Source: Paraspadella gotoi (taxonomy: Eukaryota > Animalia > Chaetognatha). Taken from it: a DNA stretch of 62,010 bases. Location of the stretch: assembly GCA_051294375.1 (NCBI GenBank), contig CM119270.1:14231672-14293681 (forward strand), given 5' to 3'. This document shows positions 23,623 through 37,074 of the stretch, one piece after another; within the stretch, counting starts at the first letter, position 1; each line of letters opens with the position of its first letter. Under the pieces are notes generated by a model. The model did no database searches and was not told the origin of the DNA. It worked only from the letters and a program-made list of their open reading frames with translations. The position numbers and the translations under genes are program-made.

Positions 23623-23849
23623 CTGCGAGTCGAGAGCGTCAACCGTGGGGTGGTACGGTGGTGGGGGTGGGTGGGGGGAGTGGGGAGGAGGAGAGGAGGA
23701 GGCGATTGCGGGAGAGAATCGAAAAAAAGTTTTAAATGACGTAACGGGATTTTTTTTTTTTTTTTTTTTGCTGTTAAATTTTAAATTCGCACACGAGAGA
23801 TTTCAAGCTTCGTTTTTATGTCGGGGAAGACTCGAGCAGCCTTTATTTT

Positions 23850-23925
<76 letters not shown>

Positions 23926-24003
23926 TAGTAATTAATGTAATCTCGCGGAGGCCTCATAAAATTTCCTCATTTCGCGTCCCTCCCTCTCTCTTGGCTCTCG
24001 GTT

Positions 24004-24070
<67 letters not shown>

Positions 24071-24986
24071 CTCTCATAACAGTTGTCTTGTTTCTCATCG
24101 TGAAATTCATCAAACTTTCCCCAGAATCGCTTTACTCGCTTTGCTCCTATTCACTCTTCATCGCTCCTCCTCATCTTTCTCTCTCGCTCCTCATCCACTG
24201 TTTGGAATACGGCAGCTAAATCCGACCAAAATGGCACCGAAGGGGCCTTTGGAATCGGCAGCGTTGTCGTCGTCGTCGTCGTCGTCATCGCTGTCAGCGT
24301 CCGTTCTTCGTCGAAGCATCACAATAATTCGTTTTTATGATCCGGAATCTGGAGATATAATCCTGCGCCGCTGTCATATCCGGCACTGCTTTGCCGTTTT
24401 TTTTATCCGGCACTGCTCTTACGCTTTATCATCCAGCGCTGCTCTGCCGCTTTCTTATCCCACTCTGCTTTTCTTATTTTTTGGACAAGATATCCTTCAA
24501 TCAGAGATCACTATTTTGTATGCTAGGAATTTCTGTGCCATCATATCGAGCGACGCCTAGAAACTTTTCCAACGCTGCTTAATCCGGCGCCGCCAACGCC
24601 TTTAAATCCGGCGCCGCTCTTTGCCGGATTTACATTCGCAGTTTCGGTCGTCACCGCGCTCTAATTCCGCTCGGCGGCGCGTAACGCAGTTGCGTAGCGA
24701 CGGTGACGACGACGACGACAACAGCGACGATAACCCATGGAGTCGCGTTAATAAACCAAACGGATCGACGTGGCGTTGGCGAACGTCGTCGTCGTCGTCG
24801 TCGTCGCCGACTTTCATCAAGCCAAACAACTCCCACAGTGATGGGCAAAGTAATTAAGAACAAGCGAATATCGCTTTGATTCTCCCGCTTATTTTTTTTT
24901 TTTCTTGTAAAAACCCGAAAAACCCACAGCGCTGCTGTAGCCAGGGCCGTTCCATTGTTTCTAGATGGAATTTGATTAAGATTCTC

Positions 24987-25077
<91 letters not shown>

Positions 25078-25660
25078 CTCGTGCTCGAAATCGTCCCGAT
25101 ATAAACGTTAGCGTCATTCGTCTTCTTCTCAAAGAGGCGACGGTTGGCGTCAATGGGTGACAGTTTATGGACCTCGAGGTAGTTTTTATTTTCGAGGGAC
25201 AAAAAAAAGGGGAAATAGAGGAGGAGGAGGAGTATGAGGATGAGGAGGAGGAGGAGGAGGAAAGAGAAAAAGGCTCGAAAAGTGGGAGGGGCGATCGAGA
25301 AAAAAAGATTCGTTAAAGATCGAAATAAATAACAGAGGAAAAAACCGCGAATTAGATTTGATTTTTATTACTATGCATAACGCGGTTTTCTTTATCATGG
25401 TTTAGGTATTTATCCAATTTTTAAAAAAAGTATTTCTTAAAATAAATTAACCAGAGCGAGATCGATCCGTTCACTCGCACGAATATTTTTTTTGGGGAAA
25501 TTTTCTTTCACTTTTAAAAAAAGTTCAACAAAAAGCGCGAATGAACAAACCGATGAATTAAAACCATTAAATCCAGGAGTTTTATCGAACTTGTTGTCGT
25601 TGTGGTAGGAAGAAAAAAATGAATAAATTACTAGAAAAAAAGGTGAGGAGGAGTCCTTAC

Positions 25661-25762
25661 CTTCCATGTGGCCGCATTGCGGCGAAAGTACATAAATGTA
25701 TTCTGGAACCAGTTGTAGATTTCGTTGAGGGTGAGCTGCTTCTCAGGAGACTCGACGATGGC
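25661..25762 (-). CDS. FoxP: FoxP forkhead exon (helices 1-3), 102 nt
   Basis: acag|[34 protein letters not shown]|gtaagg. Confidence 0.97.
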
Positions 25763-25830
25763 CTGTAGGTCGACCAAGCAATCGGTTAAACGATCAATCA
25801 ATAAAATCAACTCTCCTTACCCTCACTTAC

Positions 25831-25907
25831 TTGTCTGATTAGGGAAGCGTAGGTAAAAGGTGGTCTAACGTCTGCATTCTTGTAAAATTCACGATTTCTT
25901 GAGATCT
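25831..25907 (-). CDS. FoxP: FoxP forkhead N-terminal exon
   Basis: acag|(E)[25 protein letters not shown]|gtaagt; phase 1-0. Confidence 0.97.
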
Positions 25908-26876
25908 CTGTAAAGAAATTGAGAAAAAATGAAGAATAAGAAGAATAGATAAGTTTTGCCATCAAGCGAAACTAAAAATAATTTACTCAATGAACGAAGA
26001 AACTAAGATGGTGTCCATGTGAAGATAGCATGAAACAAGCATGCATTAATCCAAGGGAAGATAGCATGAAACAAGCATGCACTAATACCCTCCAAAGAAA
26101 AAGAAATTGGCGAAAGAAATCGACGTTCGACGGCGGCCAGTAGCCACGCCGCTCACCCGCGCCCAAAAAAAAATAAAGAAATACCACGAAAACGAGAAAA
26201 AGAGGTAAACGTGGAAAAGAAAAAATATCAAAAAAAAAAAAAAAAAAAAGGAAATAAAAAGTTGGTCCTTGGAACAACGAGGAACAAAGCTTGAAAAAGA
26301 TTAGAAAGTAAAACTCGCTGGTGGAAACGAGAAGAAAAGGGGGGGACGGGGGCAAGTCTAAAGTTTTATCAAATATTTCTTTCTGCCTGCGAAATTTACG
26401 TTTATATTCTTTCCTTCTTTAGTATTTCCTTCTTTCTTTTATAATCTTTCCTTTTTTCTTTTTTTTATTCGATTTTTCCTCTTCCTCTTCCTCCTCCTCT
26501 TCCTCCTCCTCATCTCACGTTTCGCAGTCAGAGGAGAAGCGAGTTTGGGCTACAATAAAGGATGACCCTGAATGGAAAGGAAAAAAGGAGAAGGTGAGGC
26601 GAATCGGGTAAGGGCGGAGGAGAATAGTGAAAGGGAGAAAACTTTGACAATAAAGACGAGCCAGGGTTGGAATTGCCCCATGGCGGAATTCCCGAAAAAA
26701 AAACCCAAGTTGGATTATGGGCGGGAACGGAGGGAGCATCGGTCGAAGACGAGCGACGACGACGACGAGACGAACGACGACGACGAGACGACGACGACCA
26801 GGTGCAGCCAGGGGGTCGAGGCCACCTGTCATCGTGCGGCGAGAAAACATAATAGAGATGGGCAGCGGCTGGGAAG

Positions 26877-26970
<94 letters not shown>

Positions 26971-27576
26971 CAGAAGTCTTGGAGGTCGAAGATTAATCTG
27001 GGCCTCTTTGCCAGCATCGGAATATATATAAGGGAAAAAACGTGAGGAAGAAACTATAAAAGGAGCGAGAGGGAGACATTGAAACTGCTTCGTGGTCTAG
27101 AAAGGAAAAAAAAGAAAAGGAAAGAGATAGGAAAAAGAGAAAAGAAAAAAAGAAAGGAAAAAGAGAAAGGAAAAAGAGAAAAGAAAAAGAACAAACGTTG
27201 AAACCGTCTTTTGGTTGGCTTTATGTTTGTGTGCTCTCTCGGAAGCGTGTCGGAACGATATAAGGATAGATATATAGATATATTAATAGATAGATATATA
27301 TATCGATATATAGATAGATAGATAGATATATATAGATAGATTATCTATCGGCCTTTAATTGGTTGTCCCATTCTCTACTGCCTTCTCTCTTTCCTTCTAA
27401 AAGGCTTTATTTAGCGATCCTATCCTCTGAACGGCAACTACAAATTCGTCCGTCCTTTTACCTTTCGATCCCCGTCACCCCTCCCCTCCCTATTCCGATC
27501 CCGAAGCCCCCGAGTCCACTCCCACCACCCCTTCAGCCTGCGCCACGCCCGCCCTCTCTCCGGAGCGCCAGCTTAC

Positions 27577-27728
27577 TCGGCGTTGTCCATTTGTGCGGAC
27601 GGATTGATGGCCGCGCGCCAGGATTCGGTTATCGGTCTTCGGCGAGTCCCGCCGTCGTCGGCCACGGCCCCCCTATTCGCCGGCCATCGCACCGCCGCCT
27701 TCCTCCCCTCACCAGCGCCCCCTCTGCG
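27577..27728 (-). CDS. FoxP: Candidate error-laden FoxP exon upstream of the forkhead
   Basis: GC-rich block reading ...DDGGTRRRPITE...AAINPSAQMDNA, then donor gtaagc. It would join to EISRNREFY if one extra base is an error. It lies in visibly noisy sequence. Confidence 0.3.
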
Positions 27729-28504
27729 CTGTCGACGGAGCTCCACGACCACGAAAACAACATGGTCAACCAGGCAACATTTTTATGCAATTTCAGCCGT
27801 CGCACAATTTCTCTGCGTCCTTCTCTTCGTCTCGTCTTCTACATCTCATCTCTGCTCGTCCTCTCCCTCATCATCCTTCTCTCTCTCATCCTCTCTCTCT
27901 CTGTCATACTCTCTCCGTTCTTCTCTCTCAGCAGTCCGCAGCTCCGGTTCTCTTCTTCTTCCTCTTCCTGCCTCTTATCATCTCCTTCCTCCTCATTTTT
28001 TAATGCCCTCTTTATTATGACGTCTTAATCTCCTTCGTCTTCATTTCAATCTGACATTAACACGATTTGCTGGCCCAGGCGGAGAAGAAGATGCATTTCT
28101 CTCTTCTCTCTCTCTCTCTCTTATCTCTACCTAGGTTCTTCCTCCTCCTTCTCGTTCTTCTCTCTCTTCCTCGCTCGTCTCTCTTGCTTCTCATTCTTCT
28201 CTCTCTCTCTCTCTCTCTTCCCTCTCTGCTCATTTTCCGTCAGTCGTTTATTTGTTTTTCACAAATTTCCGTACAATAGGCCACCTGAATTTTTTCCTTC
28301 TCAATATCGGAATTCTTTTTCTTTTTTTTAGTGTCTTTAATTCGATGCTTTTATCTTTCAAGGGTCAGTTTTATCTTTAACACCGCGCTCTCTCCTCTCT
28401 CCTCTCACTCTCCCGCTGTTTCTCCATTCGCTGGCCCATGACACCTCATAGCGCGAGAATCATCAAATAAACGGGAAATAAAAAGAGAGGAGAGAGAAGA
28501 GAGA

Positions 28505-28553
<49 letters not shown>

Positions 28554-29336
28554 TATGAGAGAGAGATAGAGAGAGAGGCCTCGAATTGAGACAGAGAGAA
28601 TAATAAATGAAAAATATAATTGAATGGCGTTTTTATGTGAACGGCGCCACGCGGGATTGCGTCGGACGTCGGGCGCCACCGTTCGGGTTTCGCCATTTCG
28701 CGGTATTTCGTGTGGACGTCACGCGGTGACGTCGCGTTGCACGTCGCGGCGGGCGATGAAATTCGGAGACATCGAGACGACGAAAGCGACGACGACGCGA
28801 CGCGACGAGGCGGCAACCCGGAAATGTAGCAGATTGACAAATGGAGAAACCATTGATATTTCGCGGGCGAAGATCGGATCGCGGGGGTAAAGAGGTTAGG
28901 CGCGGTGCCCATATCAAAACAGGGGAGGGGGATTGAGGGGAAGTGTCTTGGGAGTTAAAAGAAGAGAAAGGAAGTGTATGGAAGCGGAAACGAGGAAGGT
29001 TAGGTGTAATTATCGAATCACTACAATGGTAGAAGTGAGAGAGAGAGAAGAGAGAGGAGACGAGGAGAGTGAGAGAGAGAGAGAAGATGAGAGAGAGAGA
29101 GAGAGAGAGAAGAGAAGAGAGAGAGAGAGAGGAGAGAGAGAGACAGAGCCTCTGAGCACGTGAACCAGGGGGAACAATCTCTGCAAACATACATTTTTGA
29201 TGGCGATAAGGGTTATGATCTTGAAATCTGGATTGGTGATGGTACCTCGAAGGGTTAAGGTTTAGAGGGGTAGCTCGAAAAAATTTTGTGTGCGCGACGA
29301 TGAGAGGAAAGATGAGAAGAAAAAAGGTTCCAGTTC

Positions 29337-32300
29337 CAAGAAATCTTTATTTGCTTCTCTGGGAAGGTGAGCTTGTATGCAAATGCTTTCTGACGCAGCG
29401 GTTTGTATGCGGTTTGTGACACTTCGGGATGACACGGGTGTTGAAGTTGGTCACGGGAGTGACGAGCCCTTCCCCCACGCCTTTGTGTCCACATTAATGC
29501 GCCTCGTTTTTTTCCACCCCCGTCGAGTGTAACGTCGGGTCTCCACGCGAACTGATTAAATACTTTTGTATCTTTTTTTTTTCTCAGCCGTTGTTTATTA
29601 GTCGTATTGTCGCTTCGTCTCTTCTCCTCGCCTCTCTCCTGCCTCCTCTCTGTCCAGACGATAACTATTTTCGTCTCACCTAAAGATTATTCGCCTCGTT
29701 CACTGTTTGTTCAAAGTTCGGCCGGCTGGGTGTCCGCTGCTCGTTTTCGGACTTTTAGTGGCGCGTGGGCTTGTGTGAGTGGGAGGAGAGGCGAAAAGGA
29801 TTGTGAGAGAGACGAGGTCAGTGTGAGAGGGAGAACCAGAGGGAGAGAGAGGCTGAGGGGAAGCTAAAGGATGATTAGAGGAAGGTAGGAAAGGCCGCAA
29901 CCTATTTATGGGATTGAAATATTGCCGTACTAAGAAACAATATAGGCGAAACACAGGAAAAGGAGAACAGAAAAAGAAGAAAAGAAAGAAAGAAGAACAG
30001 AAGAACAAGGAAGAAGAGAAGGGAGAAAAAGAAGAAGAAGAATGAAGAAAGAAAGAAAGAAAGAAAGGAAGACATGACAGACACTGACAGCATGACAATT
30101 TTCTCAAATTTTCGACCCCATAAACAAATAAAAATACCGCAAATTGATTTACGAATATCGGAAAGGGAAGAAAAAAATATAATCTCCTTGTTAAGAACAG
30201 AAATCATGGACCGCTGCAGGCGCTGCTGGATATTGAAGGGCAGTGAGCAATCAGGGATAGAAAGATTTGTTTGGGGGCTGAGTTCGAAAAGGAAATTTCG
30301 TCGTGTTTGGTCGAGTCTCGAGATACGAAAGAGAGGCGGCGGGGTGGAGGATGGGTGGTAATCTTGGATTCGCAACTTAGTACAGTGTAGATTTGGAATC
30401 GGATATCTTTTCGACAACAAAACAAGTTTTGCGGGCAGGCAGCAGCGAAGCAGCATTCCTCCTTTGCATATCGATTAAGAGAAATCAGCGGAAGGGTCCG
30501 CTAGACTGGGCGGACGCGGAAAAATTCGTCTGATTATGGAAATTTCGCTCTAAAAAAACGAATGTACGTTAAATCGCGAACGTGGCACGTCTTCCAGCTG
30601 GGTGGATTTCCGGGTGCAACGTAGCACAGAGACATTCCATCTTTCCTTTTACACTTTTATAACAGAGTATTTTTGTTTCTTAAAATCTCTTGCTCGCTTC
30701 TCTCTCCTCTCCAGGTCTGTCTGTCTCCTCCTTTCCTGCTCTCTTCTGTCGTCTCTTCTTTTCTCTTCTCGTCTTCATCTCTTCTTTCCATGTCCGCGTC
30801 TCGTCTTCAATTCTCTCTTTCTCTTGTTTGTTCTGGGAATGTTGCGGCGGCACTATGAGCGCGGCGGAGCGCGCAAGTTTTTTGGCATCAAAAATCACCC
30901 AAAAAATCATCTCTTCACAATGTTATACGTTTGTGATTTTTTTTTTCTTATCTCTATTTTTTTTTCGGCGCATCGGTGAGACTTGTTTTTTTTTCCGTTG
31001 TTTTGTGCCAAGAAGAAGGGAAGAGGCGTATCGTGAAAAGGAAGGGGAAGCAAGAAGTTAGATTTACGGGGCAGGAGAAGTAATAATATAAGGAAGGAAT
31101 AAAAAAAAGGAAAAGGGGAAAAATGAAAAGGAAGAGGAAGCCAGACAAAGCCTGGCAAAAGTTTCAGGGGCAGTTAGCTTTTTATTAAATGAGAATGAAA
31201 CATTTTCCATTTGGTTTATAGTTGTGTTTGTCACTGCATCAATTTTCATAAAGATAAATAATAAGCACAGATAAAAAAAAAAGAAAAACAAATCAAGCTC
31301 GCAAAAAATTAAAGAGTGAAGAAAAAAAGAAAAATCAAACAAAGAGGGAAAGGGACGATGAAGAAAATTTGGTTTGGCAACAAAGAAGGAAAAATGAAAG
31401 GCAATACAAGATAAGGGCGAGCCAAGTGTAGGTGTTTTCCGTCGGCGTCGGACCCTCGATTCCATTCTGATTCCATTGCGATTCGATTGCTGATTCCATC
31501 TCGTTACATTCTGATTCATTTGATTCATTTCCCCCGTCATTTTATATTTATATTTGGTAATTATATTTTGTAATTCCTCTCTCCTCTTTCTCTTTCCTAT
31601 AATTTAAGTCGATTTCATCTCAAAGCTTGTCCGGAAATCCGGAATCTTAAAAAAAAAAAAAAAAACAAAGAAATATTAATATTTTTTGTGTAAGGAGGAT
31701 GTGATGATACTAAACGCTTTTTTTCTTTCCGGTTGTGAAGAGTAAGGAACGAAGAAAATGCAAATAATATAAGACTATAGTGTAGGGATAATCTATTCCG
31801 ATCAACTAAAAAAAATTTACATAGTCTTTTTAGGATAAATTTTTTAAAGACCAATTTAATATTAAGAGCCTATTTCATGCCAAGTGTGTTGATCGTAATT
31901 GATTTAAAAAACAAACAAACTTAGTTGCCGACTTTTATAGGACATAAAGGCCCGCCATCATTGAGTAGTAAAATTACTCGAATCCAATCGGGAGATGAAG
32001 AGGTTAAGGAAAGACAAAAGTGGGTAAAGTTAGGTGACGTCAAGGAGCCAGAAAAAGGATGTGAGGAAGAAGAGGAGAGGAGATGAAAGAGGATAGAGGT
32101 GAAAGAAAAGGAAGTAAAGACGGGGAATTGGGGGAGTGCCGCCGCAACCGGCCGCGCCGGAACAATCCAGCTGACTGGACCTCGCCTGACTCCCCCGCCC
32201 TAACGCCACCCCTCCTCCTGCTTCCCCCAGATTTCCTCTGCTCAGGAAAAAGAAGCATCGGTGGCATTTTTACATTTTATCTACGGAAGAAAATAATGTC

Positions 32301-32488
32301 TTTTTCAAATCTATTTCGAGCGAGAAGGGAAAAATATTCGGGAAGGAAGAGGAGGGGAGAAAATGGTCATGCCCTGATACTCAATAACAGATTTCCTACG
32401 CAAACGTAAGAAAAAAATTCAAAGGTGAAAGAGGAGAGAGAGAGAGAGAGGAGGAGGGAGAGAAGAAGAGATAGAGAAGCAGAGAGGA

Positions 32489-32519
<31 letters not shown>

Positions 32520-34794
32520 AAGAGCGAAGAGAGAAAGAAGCGTTTATTTCTGAACAGGATTTTCTTGAAAATAAATCATAAGAATGAAAAAAAAATGGGA
32601 CGAATGCTCTTCAGATATTCAAATCAGGAAATGCATGAAAGCCACAAAAAGAAGCACAAATAAACAAGGTATCTGATAACCAACGCTGCTAAAGCCAAAT
32701 TCATTGAGGCGATGATGATTAAAACGTAAAAACGGGGGTGAGTTTTACATTTACTAAGCGTCGGGATTTAAGCCCGTAACCTGCATTCTTTCGATTGTAA
32801 CTGATTGGGCAAATAAGCTTGCGCGGAAACGAAGAAGGGGAAAAAAATCAAAGTTGAAAAAGGGGGATAAGGGTTTATGATTATAAGAGTCAATTTTTTT
32901 TTTTTTTATGGGCACAAAAATAAATTTTAGTAATAATGAATTAAATATTGGCATATCAATAATTCAGGAATTTTTTTTTCAGTAGACAATAGATAATCTA
33001 TTTACTTATCAAAATAAATCTTGACTTAAATGGAGCGAAAAGAATCCAGCGTTGAGCCGAATGCAAACTTCCGCAGTGCCGAGTATCGGAGTAATGTATG
33101 GCGTTAATAAATGGGTTAATAAAAAATGGTTAATGGTTTATATAACTTTTTTAGCCTCATAACTTTATACGCCATTACAGGGGTTTTCAATACTCGAGTT
33201 TTTACGAACTTCCCAGCAAAAGTTATTGGAAAGATCAGCATTTCGTGCGAACCAAAAAAAAAACAAAAAAAAAAAAAAAGTGTTAAACAACAACTGAAAG
33301 AAAAAAAAACACAAAAAAAAAACAAAGAATAATGAAATAGAGCAAGTCAGCCCCAAACTTTCCCCGATGAAATATTAATACTGGGTCTCCTCCCGCCGGG
33401 ATGGTGATTGGGTCAAGCGAAGCGACTTGTTCCGAAGATTATGCCGTCGTCCTGCATCGGAACCCGGGAGTCGTGGTTGGGTGCTGGTGGTTAAGGTAGN
33501 NNNNNNNNNNNNNNNNNNNNNNNNCAAGACTCTTTCATCTGGGAAAGTGAGTTGTATGCAAAATGTTTCTGACGCTGCGTGATGCGGTTTGTGACACTTC
33601 CGGGATGACACGGTGTTGAATGTCACGGGAGTGACGAGCCTTCACCACGCCTTTTTCATAATCGCCCTCGTTTTTTCCACCCGTCGAGTGTCACATCGGT
33701 CTCCAGTCGCGAACGATTATACTTTTGTATCTTTTTTCACGTTTTTTATTAGTCGTTGCTCCTCCTCTTCCTCCTCCTCATCCTCCTCCTCCTCCTCCTT
33801 CCAACGATAACTCATTTTCTCTCACCTCAAAGATTATCGCTCGTCAACGTTTGTCAAAGTCGGCGCTGGTGTCGCTGCTGGTTTCGCTTTTAGTGCGGGG
33901 GTTGTGAGTGGAGAGAGGCGAGAGGATATGTGAGAGAGAGAGTAAGTGTGAGAGGGAGACAGAGAGAGAGAGAGGGGAAGCAAAGGATGAAATAGAGGAA
34001 GGTAGGAAAAGGCGACAACTATTATGGCGAATTGAATTGCCTACTAAGAANNNNNNNNNNNNNNNNNNNNNNNNNNNNNNNNNNNNNNNNNNNNNNNNNN
34101 NNNNNNNNNNNNNNNNNNNNNNNNNNNNNNNNNNNNNNNNNNNNNNNNNNNNNNNNNNNNNNNNNNNNNNNNNNNNNNNNNNNNNNNNNNNNNNNNNNNN
34201 NNNNNNNNNNNNNNNNNNNNNNNNNNNNNNNNNNNNNNNNNNNNNNNNNNNNNNNNNNNNNNNNNNNNNNNNNNNNNNNNNNNNNNNNNNNNNNNNNNNN
34301 NNNNNNNNNNNNNNNNNNNNNNNNNNNNNNNNNNNNNAAAAAAATATAATCTCCTTGTTTAGAACAAAATCATGACCGCTGCAGCTGGATATTGAAGGGG
34401 CAGGTGAGATCAGGGATAGAAAAGATGTTTTGGGTGAGTTCGAAAAGAAATTTCGTCGTGTTTGGGTGAGTATCGAGATACGAAAGAGAGGCGGGGGTGA
34501 GGATTGTATCTGGATCCAACTTAGTACAGGTGAGATTGGATCGGATCATCTTTTCGACCAACAAAACAAAGTATTAGCGGCCAGCAGCAGCAGAAGCAGC
34601 ATTCTCGCAAATCCGATTAAGAAAAATCGCGGGAAGGGTCCGCTAGATGGCGGACCGCGAAAAATCGTCTATTATGAATTTCGCTCTAAACGAAATGTAC
34701 GTTAACTCGCGACTGGCACCGGGTGGATTTTCGGGTGACGTAGCACAGAGAAATTCCATCTTTCCTTTCCTTTATAAACGATATTTTGTTTTCT

Positions 34795-34890
<96 letters not shown>

Positions 34891-37074
34891 GTTCTGGAAT
34901 GTTGCGCACATGAGCGCCGCCAAGTTTTTGGCATCAAAATCACCAAAAATCTTTTTCTCAAATGTTAACGTTTGTGATTTTTTTTTCTATCTCTATTTTT
35001 TTTTCGCGATCGGTGAGACTGTTTTTCCGTTGTCTGCCAGAGAAGGAAGCGAATCGTGAAAGGAGGGGAAGCAAGAAAGTTTACGGGAGAAAGATAAATA
35101 AGGAAGGAATAAAAAAAGAAAANNNNNNNNNNNNNNNNNNNNNNNNNNNNNNNNNNNNNNNNNNNNNNNNNNNNNNNNNNNNNNNNNNNNNNNNNNNNNN
35201 NNNNNNNNNNNNNNNNNNNNNNNNNNNNNNNNNNNNNNNNNNNNNNNNNNNNNNNNNNNNNNNNNNNNNNNNNNNNNNAAGAAAGATCGCAAAAAATTAA
35301 AGAAAGAAAGAAAAAAGAAAAAAAGAGAAAGACGATGAAGAAAAAATTTGGCAACAAAGAAGGAAAAATGAAAGGCAATACAAAGATAAGGGCGAAGCCA
35401 AGTGTAGGTGTTTTCCTCGGCGTCGACCCTCGATTCCATTCTGATTCCATTGCGATTCGATTGTGATTCCATCTCGATTACATTCTGATTCCATTTGATT
35501 CATTCCCTNNNNNNNNNNNNNNNNNNNNNNNNNNNNNNNNNNNNNNNNNNNNNNNNNNNNNNNNNNNNNNNNNNNNNNNNNNNNNNNNNNNNNNNNNNNN
35601 NNNNNNNNNNNNNNNNNNNNNNNNNNNNNNNNNNNNNNNNNNNNNNNNNNNNNNNNNNNNNNNNNNNNNNNNNNNNNNNNNNNNNNNNNNNNNNNNNNNN
35701 NNNNNNNNNNNNNNNNNNNNNNNNNNNNNNNNNNNNNNNNNNNNNNNNNNNNNNNNNNNNNNNNNNNNNNNNNNNNNNNNNNNNNNNNNNNNNNNNNNNN
35801 NNNNNNNNNNNNNNNNNNNNNNNNNNNNNNNNNNNNNNNNNNNNNNNNNNNNNNNNNNNNNNNNNNNNNNNNNNNNNNNNNNNNNNNNNNNNNNNNNNNN
35901 NNNNNNNNNNNNNNNNNNNNNNNNNNNNNNNNNNNNNNNNNNNNNNNNNNNNNNNNNNNNNNNNNNNNNNNNNNNNNNNNNNNNNNNNNNNNNNNNNNNN
36001 NNNNNNNNNNNNNNNNNNNNNNNNNNNNNNNNNNNNNNNNNNNNNNNNNNNNNNNNNNNNNNNNNNNNNNNNNNNNNNNNNNNNNNNNNNNNNNNNNNNN
36101 NNNNNNNNNNNNNNNNNNNNNNNNNNNNNNNNNNNNNNNNNNNNNNNNNNNNNNNNNNNNNNNNNNNNNNNNNNNNNNNNNNNNNNNNNNNNNNNNNNNN
36201 NNNNNNNNNNNNNNNNNNNNNNNNNNNNNNNNNNNNNNNNNNNNNNNNNNNNNNNNNNNNNNNNNNNNNNNNNNNNNNNNNNNNNNNNNNNNNNNNNNNN
36301 NNNNNNNNNNNNNNNNNNNNNNNNNNNNNNNNNNNNNNNNNNNNNNNNNNNNNNNNNNNNNNNNNNNNNNNNNNNNNNNNNNNNNNNNNNNNNNNNNNNN
36401 NNNNNNNNNNNNNNNNNNNNNNNNNNNNNNNNNNNNNNNNNNNNNNNNNNNNNNNNNNNNNNNNNNNNAAGCCAAAAAAAAGCACAACATAAACAAGGTA
36501 AATCTGAATAAACGCGCTAAAACCAAATTATTGAGCGATGATGACATTAAAACGTAAAACGGGGTGAGTTACATTTACATTAAGCGTCGGGATTTAAGCA
36601 CGTACCTTGCATCTCATGATTGTACTGATTGAAAATAACTGCGAAAACGAAGAAGGGGGGAAAAAAAATCAAAAGTGAAAAAGGGTTATGATTATGAAGA
36701 GTCAATTTTCTTTATTTTTTATGGCAAAAAAAATTTAGAAATCCATCAATTAAAATATTGCATTCAATAAATTCAGGAATTTTTTTTTTCAGTAGACAAT
36801 AGATAATCCTATTTATTATTAAAATAAATCTTTGAACTTAATGGAGCGAAAAGAATCCAGCGTTGAGCGAATCAACTTCCCATGCCCGAGTATCCGAGTA
36901 TGTATGGTTAATAAATGGTTAATAAATGGTTAATAAATGGTTGATGGTTATAAATAACTTTTAGCCCATAACTTTTAGCCAATTACAGTTTACATACTCG
37001 GAGTTTACGAACTGCCAGCAAAAGGTTATTGGAAAGATTCACATTTACGTGCGAAGCCAAAAAAAAAAATGTTA
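29337..37074. repeat. Tandem near-duplicate segments (29337-33285 vs 33525-37074), probably an assembly overlap
   Basis: Both copies begin caaga...ctgggaa.gtgag.ttgtatgc and end gtgcgaa.ccaaaaa...tgtta. They are separated by a 25-N gap, and the first copy carries many single-base insertions. Confidence 0.85.
33382..33499 (-). CDS. FoxP: Partial, insertion-corrupted FoxP exon (GPMRRRISDK..LPI motif)
   Basis: The minus strand resolves, after removing apparent single-base insertions, to TTPGPMRRRISDKS.LPITIPAGGDP, the conserved FoxP motif between zipper and forkhead. It is truncated by an N gap. Confidence 0.5.
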
